Shown here: positions 1 through 12,400 of the stretch, in pieces
How the letters are laid out: each line of letters opens with the position of its first letter
Numbering within the stretch: the stretch's first letter is position 1
Assembly (NCBI GenBank): GCA_051362555.1
Contig: CM120644.1
Span: 10,114,954-10,178,953 of the forward strand
Direction of reading: 5' to 3'
DNA: 64,000 nucleotides
DNA from: Lingula anatina
Lineage: Eukaryota; Animalia; Brachiopoda
Position numbers and translations under genes: made by a program
The notes under the pieces: model-generated
Seen by the model: only the letters and a program-made list of their open reading frames with translations
Told to the model about the DNA's origin: nothing
Databases searched by the model: none

Positions 1-1535
1 GCCAGTATAGGACTTCCTATTCAACTTCAATAGTAACTATGGACCTATCTCAGCCAGTTTTGGAGATAAAAGGGAAGCAAAATTTGCAAAATTCCATTCA
101 TGGTGAAAAGTAGGTCAAAGGTCAATTTCAAGGTCACATTTAGATTGCCAGTATATGACTTTCTATTCAAGTTCAATAGTAACTATGGACCTATCTCTGC
201 CAGTTTTGGAGATAAAAGGGAAGCAAAATTTGCAAAGTTCAGTTTATGGTGAAAAGTAGGACAAAGGTCAATTTTAATGTCACATTTAGATTGCCAGTAT
301 ATGACTTCCTATTCAAGTTCAATAGTAACTACGGACCTATCTCAGCCAGTTTTGGAGATAAAAGGAAAGCAAAATTTGCAAAATTCAGTTCATGGTGTAA
401 AGTAGGTCAAAGGTCAATTTTAAGGTCACATTTAGATTGCCAGTATATGACTTCCTTTTCAAGTTCAATAGTAACTATGGACCTATCTCAGCCAGTTTTG
501 GAGATAAAAGGGAAGCAAAATTTGCAAAATTCAGTTCATGGTGTAAAGTAGGTCAAAGGTCAATTTTAAGGTCACATTTAGATTGCCAGTATATGACTTC
601 CTTTTCAAGTTCAATAGTAACTATGGACCTATCTCTGCCAGTTTTGGAGATAAAAGGACAGAAAAGTTTGCAAAGTTCAGTTCATGGTGAAAAGTAGGTC
701 AAAGGTCAATTTCAAGGTCACATTTAGATTGCCAGTATATGACTTCCTATTCAAGTTCAATAGTAACTACGGACCTATCTCAGCCAGTTTTGGAGATAAA
801 AGGAAAGCAAAATTTGCAAAATTCAGTTCATGGTGTAAAGTAGGTCAAAGGTCAATTTTAAGGTCACATTTAGATTGCCAGTATATGACTTCCTATTCAA
901 CTTCAATAGTAACTATGGACCTATCTCTGCCAGTTTTTTGAGATAAAAGGGAAGAAAAATTTGCAAAGTTCAGTTCATGGTGAAAAGTAGGCCAAAGGTC
1001 AATTTTAAGGTCACATTTAGATTGCCAGTATATGACTTCCTATTCAAGTTCAATAGTAACTACGGACCTATCTCAGCCAGTTTTGGAGATAAAAGGAAAG
1101 CAAATTTTGCAAAATTCAGTTCATGGTGAAAAGTAGGTCAAAGGTCAATTTTAATGTCACATATAGATTGCCAGTATATGACTTCCTATTCAAGTTCAAT
1201 AGTAACTACGGACCTATCTCAGCCAGTTTTGGAGATAAAAAGAAAGCAAAATTTGCAAAATTCAGTTCATGGTGTAAAGTAGGTCAAAGGTCAATTTTAA
1301 GGTCACATTTAGATTGCCAGTATATGACTTCCTATTCAAGTTCAATAGTAACTACGGACCTATCTCTGCCAGTTTTGGAGATAAAAGGGAAGAAAAATTT
1401 GCAAAGTTCAGTTCATGGTGAAAAGTAGGTCAAAGGTCAATTTCAAGGTCATAGTAAGATTGCCAGTATATGACTTCCTATTCAACTTCAATAGTAACTA
1501 TGGACCTATCTCTGCCAGTTTTGGAGATATAAGGG
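1..1535. repeat. 146-bp tandem satellite array (~10.5 units), internal to Helentron/HINE-like element family A
   Basis: The unit GCCAGTATATGACTTCCTATTCAAGTTCAATAGTAACTATGGACCTATCTC... recurs at 1, 147, 293, 439, 585, 731, 877, 1024, 1170, 1316 and 1462. The same unit occurs reverse-complemented at 50750-50870 and 54720-55170. Confidence 0.95.
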
Positions 1536-2520
1536 ACTAGATGTTATAATTTTGGAGTTACCATAATGTGCCTTAAATTCCGTACAGAAAAAATTAATTA
1601 AAATAAAGAAAATGTCATTTTGGTCAAAATTCTTGAAATAGGAGGTGCTCTGAAGTTTCACAAGTTCAAATTTGATGAAATAATGTCATTTTTGAACATA
1701 AGTTGTCTGCTTTGCCAAGCCTTATGTTTTATTTTTCCAGAGTTCAAAATTTATTATCCATTACCGTACTGCACATTTTGCTTTTACCACCAATATGTAC
1801 TTTTTGATACAGCGTAACTCGAAAACCGTATGGAATACAAAAAAATGGAGACCACCTCCAGTGTTGGGCTTTACATGCTCTACAAAATGCAAAAAAGAAT
1901 GGGTGTCTAGCATTAACGGTTCCCGAATTAGAGACAATTTTCAGTTTTGATATCTTATGGCCGCTACTCCCGTGAAAATGCACCGATTGACCCCAAATTC
2001 ACGGAGATGAAAGATGACCCGAAGGGTAACACTTTCCATTAATATTATTAGTTAAGTCTGTGTGGTGTCTGAATAAGAGCGCAAAAAAAAATTTTTTCGG
2101 CAAAAATTTTGTTTTTTTGAAAATTTTGGCCCATTTGACCTTGAAGTAGAGGTCAAAGGTCAAATCCAAGGGTATATTTGAAATCTACACATATGACTTT
2201 TGGAAAGCCGTCTATAGAAATTTTTCCCATAACTCCTTCCGTAGGGTAGATAATTAACATTTAATTTTGCCATTTTTAGACAAGGGTGCATTGCAATGAG
2301 TGCCACACCCAGACCCCAATACCGACAAAGCCCAAATTTTACGTGGAACGAGTTGAGATTATAGGTGACCTAAATCCATGAGATGGGTACGGGGGCCCTT
2401 ACCGTCTAGGAGGAGAAGCGGTAACGGTAGCCGTCCGGCAGAGCCGGCGGAGCCAACGGAGCCGGCGGAGCCGGCGGAACGATCCGGACGGGACCGAAAA
2501 CGCTAACGCTGGTGGTACAA
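1..2520 (+). mobile_element. Non-autonomous Helentron/HINE-like element, family A copy 1 (left end outside window)
   Basis: The satellite array is followed by unique body sequence, a GGAGCCGGC micro-repeat (2436-2480) and the terminus ...GCTGGTGGTACAAT. Bases 1990-2520 match the reverse complement of 50139-50690. The superfamily is inferred from architecture: internal tandem array, microsatellite and terminal hairpin. Confidence 0.7.
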
Positions 2521-3279
2521 TAAAACTAAGAGGTTGTTTTTTGTATAATATTCAAAAGAATGGAGTTCATAATACAGTAAACGTAAGCTTATAAATATAG
2601 CAACAACCTATACTGGTCCATTTGAAAATGCCAATCTCAGTTCTAGACAGACGCTCAAAACTTTCCAAATGTCTAAAAGATAAATCTTAGCATCATTTTT
2701 GCCATTTGCATCTTTAGGGTCATCCATTTTAACCATCATTTCCACAAAAGTCTACGAAGCATTTTTTTTCTTGACCCCCTCTCCCTTTACAGAATAAAAA
2801 ATGAAAAACTTAAAACCTTGACCATTGACATCAGTTTGTATCGTCGTTTTTATTATTTTTCAAAAGTGTACAGAGAGCATTAACTCCCCCCCCCCATCCC
2901 CCATACACCCACCCTACGTGCGGTTTGTAGATTTATGAAAATGATGCTAAAAATTTATGAACCCCATAGGCTAGAGTCTACATTTTAATGTTCAATATTC
3001 ATCATACTTAAAATTGTATGAAGAAAAATTAACATCTTGCTGATTATCACATTACTGGTTCCTAATGAACTTTTCCATTATTTCAAATTATTAAACCTGA
3101 TTCCCACTTCAGAAAATTCTGAAAGCCTTTGCCATTGAAAACTGTAAAATCATTACCCATACTGTATATATACAAAGTGTATCTTGTTCTTTATGAAATG
3201 GTGACAGATGACACAGTGAAATTGATGTTAGATGACCCCACAGAAATAGCTGCCTGCCTCCCTGCCAACTGGATGATAT

Positions 3280-5374
3280 CTAGATCTTCTCATATGTACT
3301 TTCTTCTTTACAACCATTTTTGACAAAATAAAATCCGTCCTAGAATGTTGAAAAAAAAATTACCTTACAATCAACATAAAGACAAGACACGAAAGGTTGC
3401 AGGTATGCATATATGGGTCTTCTGCAAAAAAAAATATATATATTACCATTATAAACAACAACAGTACCATGAAGTGACATAGTTTCACACAACTTTCTTA
3501 GAAATTAAAATTAAATTATCGACTTACCCTCACTAAAAAAGGGAAATCTTTCCAGAAATCCAGGTTTGGTATGAGTTCTGCCCCCTGCGCCCCTCTGACA
3601 AACTTCAGGAAGAGAATTCCACAGACCAGGTAGATGATTACTAGCACTAACAGTCTGAAACAAAATATCAATATATGCATGATAATGACAGGCCTACCAG
3701 CTTATAGTTTGCGCTCTCAATTCCCCCAAAGTGCAGTTCAAAACTCCTGCTGAGGCACAGCAAAGTAAAGAATGTTTTGTGATAGGTATGGCATTGTTAT
3801 ATTGTGGTAGGTGTGACAGTATTGTATTATAGTAGGTGTGACAATTTGTATTGTGATAGGTATGATAGTATTATATTGTGGTAGGTGTGACAGTGTTGTA
3901 TTGTGGTAGGTGTGACATTGTTGTATTATGATACGTATGACAGTATTATATTGTGGTAGATGTGACAGTGTTGTATTGTGATAGGTATGACAGTGTTGTA
4001 TTGTGATAGGTATGACAGTATTATATTGTGGTAGGTGTGACAGTGTTGTATTGTATGACAGTGTTCAGTGACACTGCATTGGGTTGTACCTAGATAATAA
4101 TACTCACATTATACAGAGTACAGAGCCCAAACTCAAACTATGCTCAGGTAGACAAGCATACTTTGTTGTCAAACTAAATTGCTGAAAAGAAAAAAAAATT
4201 ATTAAATTCCAAACCCTAGATGCAATTGAAACTATAAGTATAACATTTTTCAAAGCTTTACTGAATATAATTTTCACAGCGTTCATATTGATGAGTAAAT
4301 TTTTTTTATCAAAGTAATAGATCTTTTCATTTTCCTCATCCAAAACAAAATAGTTCAATACATTAACCAGACATGCTGTAACTGTCAGTGTTACCAGTCA
4401 TGTGAGATAACATTTTAAGGACCAATAGAAAATTGTGTTATGTCAGTTCAAAGACCAAGAATCAATTTTAAGGAGTTGCCATTTGGAACTTACAGTCAGT
4501 CCAACAAAAAGCTCTGCAATCTAGTAAAAATTTGTTTGTAAATTACTGACAGTACAAATGTTTGTCCGTTTTAAATTGTTTTCAACATAATTAAAATATT
4601 CACACATCTGGTAAAAAGATTTAATACAACACCATGGCAAATACTAACAAAAGTGGACAGCTTTGTAGCAGGATCCTGATCTTCTTTTATGAATATAAAC
4701 TCTCCTTCCTTTCCAGGACTGCAGTGAAGGGTTATCCTGCTCTCCCTCAGAACCTGTGGGAGAAAGTGCATCACCAGACTGCCTGAGTGGGGGTCTCCCA
4801 GAAACTCCATGCTGTCTTGCTTGCCAAGTAAATAATAACCTCCACCATGCAGCTGACACATCTGAAAAGAAAAGCAGTTTATTTGACAGTTTTTTTAAAA
4901 AATTAAAGATGCATTTTAAATGGTTGAAACTTCAAATTATTGCCACCAAATTGGACCTAATGCCACCATGACCATGCAGATTCAAACAGCATAACTTTAG
5001 GTGAAAAAAGTTGTTTAATATTTCCCCAAAACGGGGCTGGGAGGTGACTTAAGTGATCAGGATTCATCCATTGCTTTCTTTCTGTGATTTATCAATCAAT
5101 CAATCAATCAATCAATCTATCTATCTTACATTCAGTCATTTTTGTCAATACTCATTTGAATAATTATGCTCTTGCACAAAGCAGAGTAATATATCACATA
5201 CAACTGTATCACTTGGTGGCATTTTACAAACTGGATGAATGGAAAAATAGGTTTTAAAAATCTACAACCAGAAATTTGAAGAAAGTGCAGTTTTAAAGTT
5301 TTTGTTTGGCTGAGTGATCAATTTTTGGCATGTGGATTTATTTCAGATAAATAGATAAGAAACTGGTAATAGTG

Positions 5375-5421
<47 letters not shown>

Positions 5422-6685
5422 CAACCCTGAAATGAGTAGTGAACTCTCGGGAGCAATCACAGCAAAAATCAGGGAAATCCAGAAGGAGAAATGTGTTTGA
5501 GAAATTAACAATTTTTTCGCAACATATGCAAGTGTTGCATCCAATGCCTTGGAGGCCATTTGAAGCATATTTTAAAAGAACAGAACTTTTATGCAAAGAT
5601 AACTGAAACTTTGGGGAATGATCACACACAATATATTGAAGAGCCAGAAGATGGCCTCCATCTGCCCCTGAATTTAATTACTAGTAAGTTTGCTGGTTCT
5701 TCATAATCTAAATGGTATCATTCAACTATGTCAATAGCATTCAGGTGCCTTTATGTACAATGACTTACTAGCTAGTAAAATAGAATTATTCTTTTATCAG
5801 AGACAAAATAACAACAGTCAAGCATAAAGTTTTGGTCCACCACCTCACAAACATGCAACATCGTGTTTGAATGGTGTTATTTAGTCTCTAGGTAAATATT
5901 TATTTCATCATCCTATCTAGAGACCATGAAAAACCTGTTTACTCATAGTTATCAGGATTTACTTGTTAAAAAGAGAATATTATGGTTGAACTTACAGCAG
6001 CATCAGCGCATCCAGCAAACTGAGAGAAAGCTACACATGGACTAAAGCTGTAGACATCCTTGGAGCCAGTGTCAGTGAAAGTGAACCTGAAACATGCAAC
6101 TAGAGATTTATTGTAATCACATTATACCGATTTTGTTTCATGTACCCTTGTGAGTAGATCTTTCTTTCACTCGTAGAGATGGGACACACACATGCATTCG
6201 CACACATAAACACACACACAAACAATCAAAGTTAGCACAGTTTTAAGTCAACATGTATGTATTAAGTATTATTACAAAGTCCCAAGTGGGCTGAACATCC
6301 ATTTTCATTTTCTTTATTCATTCTTATTTACTTATTTCTATAAATAAATTCGTTTAGAGGGGGTAGACCTAGTAAGTTCAGAGATCGGGATCCGTCTATT
6401 TCTTGCCAATTTTGTACTTTTCTTACTGACTAAGGTAAATTGACCGTTTGACCGATTTTTCATTCGTGTTTACCTCTTGCGTAAGAGTGGCACTTACTTT
6501 GCGACCTGTCCGTTCCCAGAGAGTGGCGTTAAGTCGATAGTCCCTTTGCTAGTTTTACACTTACATGGACCAAGCTTTGTACAAGTCTCTGATCTAACAG
6601 GTGACACCAAAATCAGAAAGTGCAAACACAGTATAAACAAATGCCGCATTGACACTGACGACGTTCCGAGAGTTCGGTTGGTCAT
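3280..6685 (-). CDS. Cation-dependent mannose-6-phosphate receptor / ATG27-like type I membrane sorting receptor (~250 aa, 6 exons)
   Basis: Exons 6685-6498, 6086-5996, 4861-4649, 4181-4108, 3654-3528 and 3339-3280 join in frame with GT-AG sites (753 nt). The protein has a signal peptide (MRHLFILCLHFLILVSPVRS) and a Cys-containing MRH-like lumenal domain (CKCKTSKGTIDLTPL, YSFSPC, LTTKYAC). It then has a TM helix, the family motif GAQGAELIPNLDFWKDFP..DG and a C-terminal YEKI tyrosine-type sorting signal. Start could be the ATG at 6649. Confidence 0.85.
3778..4062. repeat. ~25-bp intronic minisatellite (GTATTGTGATAGGTATGACAGTGTT)n
   Basis: About 11 slightly degenerate tandem copies in intron 4 of the M6PR-like gene. 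Confidence 0.85.
5376..5419. repeat. (GT)n microsatellite
   Basis: About 22 GT units, seen directly. Confidence 0.95.
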
Positions 6686-7141
6686 TAAATACAATGTCCT
6701 GAAATTTGAACAGAAATCCGCACACATTTCGATTCGCATGTGTTCCTTGTTTTAAAATCCAGCGCCTTGTCAATTTCCACAAATATCAGGTGATTGCAGG
6801 GCCAATTGCAATCGTAACCTTATCATTAATAAGTCACCAATGAATCCAGATATGAATCACTGTGTTTTGATGACCCAATATTGTCACATGATTTCCTAAA
6901 AATGACCTATTTCTTTAATATAGATGGCAATAATTTCAAGATGGGGTTAGTTAGTGTATATACACTGTAACTGTTCGGCGAACTTCACCAGTGATATTTT
7001 ATTTAGAATTATAATATTTAGTAGTATTATATGCCTCATAAAGTATGTTTTACTATTTTTTGTTCACGTATAAGGTAAAATAAAACTATTTTCTTAGATT
7101 CTCTTGTACTACTGCCATCTACAAGTAAACAAAATAAGGAA
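6686..7141. promoter_or_regulatory. Bidirectional promoter between the M6PR-like gene and SOAT1
   Basis: Divergent ATGs are only ~456 bp apart. CCAAT boxes at 6802, 6837 and 6875, ATCAGGTGAT at 6785-6794 and a GTCACATGA E-box at 6883-6891. Confidence 0.65.
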
Positions 7142-9377
7142 ATGGATAACGTGGGATTGCGACGGCGACAAGCGGGAGAGAAAAACATCGCCGAGCCTAC
7201 AGGTATTTTATTTTAAATGTAGTGCTACACATCAAGATATGTGATTAAGATTACTCTTTATGTCAATACAATCGAAAGTTATTTCATTTTGGCACGCGTT
7301 CGTTTATAATCTATTTGTTAAGATCTCCTCCTTCCCCCGTCGGGTCACTCGGGTCAACTGAGAACACCGTGGAATGAGTCACGGTGCTTCAGTGAGTTTA
7401 ATGTTTCACTGAAAATGGTACAAAATGGTACTCTTGGGGTTTGATTTTCGAGGAAAAGAAAGAAGGAGTACCTCTGCAAATCCTAAGGCTGAGGAATAAA
7501 TTGTATAAATATCAACACATGAATATATTATAAGTTATATAACCTTGGAAGGCTTGGTTACATAAGCGTTAAGGCATGAGTAATTAGGATATACTCAGTA
7601 CTAATACATGCACCTCCACCCAAGGTACCCTCCCCCCTCCCCCCTCCCCCCCACACACACACGTGACTGTACATTGCAGAGGCGGTTTCAGAGTTAATTC
7701 CTGACAGTCTTCCAAATTATCTTTGTTGATCCGTTCTTCATTTTTGACCGTCTTCCGACAAAAAAATTAGATTCCCGACAATGTAAACTTGAAAATCTGA
7801 CCGTCTTCCGGAAGACCCAGAAGACGCCCTTAATCTGCCCCTGCATTGCTTCCTATAATAATAAAGATCTCATATCTATTAAGTGGATTCAGATGTATTG
7901 TAGAATGAGACAGAATAAGTGATAAGTTTTAGTTGAATAGACTGGCCTTAAAAACAAATTAAAAGAGATATAAAATATTTACAATAAACTAAAGTAAGTC
8001 TATATTTTATGTAGGCATAAGGAAAGTTCAGTCCTTCTAATATTTAATGGTTGGTTTTCTCTATTATATTGCTAATCTTAATAAAATGACTATTTCATTT
8101 TCCAAATCATTTTGTTTTCAGGTTTATGGACGGGAGATGTGGCTTTTGATAAACAGCTGAAGACCACAAAGCTACGGGAAAAACTTGAGGTAGTTATTAC
8201 AAAACACAGTAGTTGCACCAGTAGTGTATTTGGACAGAAAAAGATGCGCTTTGTGTTTTACTCTGCATCTTTATATGTTGTCATTTTTCCAGTAAAATTA
8301 TTTGAACCTTTCTTGGCTTCACCCACCTCAGTTACAGTTATCCCACTTTGTCTAGTTATTCTGACCCCTCTTTTTCCAGACTTTGTAACTGCAACCATAT
8401 ATTCTGTAAGGGCATTTGCAATAAAACTATCTTTCTACATAGGTTGATGCAACTTTGTGGGGAGTCTTGTTGTATGCTGGTTAACCGATTAACATGCTTC
8501 CTCTTGTTCCTAGCGTACTCATATAATTACTAGCCTATCTGTATTCTACTCAGCGCCCTTCACTAGTCCATTTTCTGTTATTTAGGAGGAAGTTAATTTA
8601 TTGATTCTGAAGATGGTGTTTCATTGATTGGTTGATTGATTAATTAATTGTTTGGTTAATTTATTGATTTCAGAAATTGAAGTCGGACCTAGTTGATCAA
8701 GTAGACAGTCAGATTGCTGATTTCCTAGATGAATATTCACAAGACTATGACCTGGACAGCTCCTATGCACAGAATGGGGAGGCAACAAAGCCAAAGAAGT
8801 GAGTATTACCTGGCCGTTTACGAATGCTTGCTCATAGCTGCAGGTGCCTCTTGACTAGGGAGTCAGGTTCATAAAAACATTGAGATAGAAAGTTGGCTCT
8901 AAATTTTAGGTCAAATTTTCATCTTAAAGTGCAAGATTAATCATCTGTTGACCACTTAATTAAAAGTAACTGTTTATTTTTAGTAGTAGCTAACTCTTCA
9001 TTGTTATAAGACAGGTGGACAGTTTCATTATATTTCCAGTAACCAATCAAATATTATATTAATTAACAATTTCAGAAAGAAGGGGGAGCCACGAGACAAG
9101 GTGTTTGTTCCAAGAAATTCAGTACTTACGTGAGTACAGCTGGTGTATGATAATAGCGATGGTGATGAAGATAATGATAATGATATTAGTACTACATGTT
9201 TTTTGCATTCATTGGAGGACATTTCTCTGTTTTTGACAAATAACTAATTTTTCACTTTACCAGTGATAAATTAGCTAGCAGTAGTAATAAAAATGATGAT
9301 AATAAATTACAAAACAAAATGAGGCATGTAGGAAGGAAGCAAGTCTATTCAGTTCTGCCACATTTAAATGCAGGTAT

Positions 9378-9428
<51 letters not shown>

Positions 9429-12400
9429 TGGCAAAAACAAGGTAAAGTTTAATAAATAATGCAGGTATTTTATATTGAATGGCTTTACATATCTTATACG
9501 ATATACAATTATTTATTACAAATGTTTCATCATTGAATTGTATCATATGTCATTTTAAATATATATTTAATAATATATATCCATGCTTGACTGAAGATTA
9601 CATTTTTGACACAATATCTTTGTATTTAAATATCAGGAATCTGATCTTTTTTTTTTATTTCAGTGATCTGTTTGAAGTGAGTCACATCCAGACAATCTAC
9701 CATATCTTCATTGCCATCCTCATAGTCTTCAGTTTGAATACAATCATCCATGATGTATTTGAGAAAGGGAGGTTTGTACAGCTTGTCACTGATATAAGTA
9801 AATAATATATTAGCATTAATGCATACAGCAACTTAATATTGTGCCTCTGGAGAACTCCAGTGATTGTGTAATAATGTCTCTCAACAGATAAGGGGTATTG
9901 GATCCCCCAGCTTCTACAATAAGTTTGTTTTCCCTGTATATAAAGTAGTAGGAATCTTTTCTTGTGATTAGTAGAACAGACTTATTGTACAGCATTGCTT
10001 TCATTTTGGGATTTTGGCGGGTATAATTTGAGAACTAAGAAGTCAGTAGTTCAAACAGCTTATCGTACATGATAATGTTTGTAATGGTTGGCTACAATTT
10101 GCTTACGGTACATAACTTGCTGTGGATATTTTTTACCACTGTACACACTTATTTCATAAAATCCTGGGGGAAATAAACAAAATATACAAAAATAAAAGAG
10201 AATACTGAAAGTTTTACTCCCTTAATTTGCCCAGCAATTTGGACCCTTAATGTGAAATGATAATGTATACTTTGAAAAATCTAGACTCAATACTTCGAAA
10301 AATCTAGACTTCTATTAATACCATGATACTTGTTGCTTGTGAATCATTACTTGACTTGTTTTGATTCTTGGTTCTCACATTGGTCCATATGCTTAATCTT
10401 TTAATAGGATTTACTTCATCTAAGCTTGCTTCACTATATACTGGTACAAACTGGGCGCAGCCTGCACACCCTCTTTAAAACATTTCACAGCAATTGGGGA
10501 CAACTTGTAAAACTTTTAAATTAATTTTTTTGTGTGTGTGTGTGAATACATCCACTCCTTAATTAGAATCTGCCAGTTGCATCTTATTTTTATTTTGGCT
10601 TTAAAATTCAAATAAACAAGTTTTTATCATCAATAGCTGGATGTGTATGAAAATGTTAGGTTGACCGAAATATTTCTGAATTGGCTAAATTCATTTAAAG
10701 ACATTGGTGGATTACAGATAACAAGAAGGGGGGAGGGGAGGAGAGGGGGAGTGAGGAGGCTCATTTTACAGCCCCTGCTAAACTATCAAATAAAAATAAT
10801 TGAAAAGTTTAGATTTTTTTGTTATATTTTGAGCCTTAGAGTATGTTAACCCCTGAATTTTTTTCTGTTTCCCCTATGTGAAGTGTGGTTGGGGCTGGAT
10901 AAACAATTTTATATTATTTTAAAGAAAAAGAAAAAGTTTTTTTTTGGGGGGGGTGGGGGGGGGGTGGGGGGGGAGGCTTACCAAGGAAGATGTGGTATCA
11001 CCCTTGTTGGTATCTAAGGTCTCAAGTGTGAATGTGTGTCAAACTATGTGGTAAACATGTGATTTTCTCTGTTTTATAGGGGTAAGGATTTCACTGATTC
11101 CTGGAAGAAATATGGGATAAGGTAGCTAGACTGCATGGATAATTGAAAAATGGTTTTAACAAAAGACATTTGGGGACGTAGACATTTGAAAATCCAGGAA
11201 GGATTTAAAATGTCAAGAATTCCACCTGCTCTGTTTAACACTTAAAAACTATGATCATGACTTCTTCAATCAGTAGTTAAAATTAGTTGTTTTTTGTATC
11301 CAGTAGTTTAATATCCAATATTTTAACAACCATTAGCCTCATTTAATCTATATAGAATACCTGACAAAAATCACAATTATAATGGAGAGCAATAAATCTC
11401 ATCATATTAATTAGATCATGGAAGTAACTTTAAGGTTTTATAGAGGGACACTACAATTTGGAAGCTTGCAGTCAAATGTCTGTGTCCTGGTGTCAGTATA
11501 GAAATGTTTTTTGTTAAAACCAATTAGGAACTTTTTCTGTTTGTTGTCTGTTTTTTTTTTTATTATTTGTTTGTTTGTTTGTTTGTTTTTTTTTTAAGTT
11601 TTTACCGTGTGTTTGTGTGTGTATGTGACACAACTAAGTGCATGCTGCGTGATGTTGATTTTCAGGTTAAAGACGAAAAGTGAAATCGTGAACTGTGGTG
11701 TTTTTTTGTACCAAATGTTTTCATTTAACTAAAAGTATTTTTGTTTGCATTGTATCTGGAGCAATTACAAAATTCATCAATTTTTGTGTACCAAACGTTT
11801 TCAGTTCACTAAAACTGTTTTTGTTTGCATCATTTCTGGAATAATAACTAAATTCATCATTATATTCAAAGATGCCTGTCAGAATGGAATTATTTAAGCA
11901 TCCCATAAAACCTGTCTCATAATTCTGTGAAGTTTTTGAAGATTACTTTGGATAATTCATCATCTTAATGCCTCATGAAAACTTGCCTTGCTTGTTTTGC
12001 AGCATATACATATTGTAAGAATTTATAGTATAATATAATAGTACTTTATCCGTGCAGTCGGCAACGGTACAGTATGAGAGACTGGCAACTTAATTACCTG
12101 GCTTTTACATAAGAGCATCCTCAAAATGCAGCCTCCACACTTGACACAGCTCAGGGGCGGATTTAAGCCGTCTTCTGGGTCTTCCAGAAGACGGTCAGAT
12201 TTTCAAGTTTACATTGAATGGTATCTATCTTTTTCTGTCGGAAGACGGTCAAAATTGGAGGATGGATCCACAAAGATAATTTGGAAGACTATCAGAAAAT
12301 ATCTCTGGATCCGCCCCTGCAGCTAATACATCAACTAAAACCAACACAGCAAGAAATTAGCTGAATGTGTAGAACTTGTGAAATGGAGTACAAAGCCCTG

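Noticed and set aside
246-1428. Four similar 85-101 aa ORFs
   Set aside because: They are translations of the 146-bp satellite in shifting frames, with no splice structure or domain.
3364-3421. Apparent cassette exon (cag|AAGACC...TAAG|gta) in the last intron of the M6PR-like gene
   Set aside because: It would leave only a ~24-nt intron before the true acceptor and contains a stop. The conserved DG...YEKI exon at 3339-3280 explains the C-terminus.
5318-5629. His-Thr repeat ORFs
   Set aside because: They are caused by the (GT)n microsatellite in an intron.
7357-7393. Hairpin ACTGAGAACACCGTG-GAATGAGT-CACGGTGCTTCAGT in SOAT1 intron 1
   Set aside because: It is short, has no IRE loop (CAGUGN) and no recognisable ncRNA features, so it cannot be supported beyond chance.
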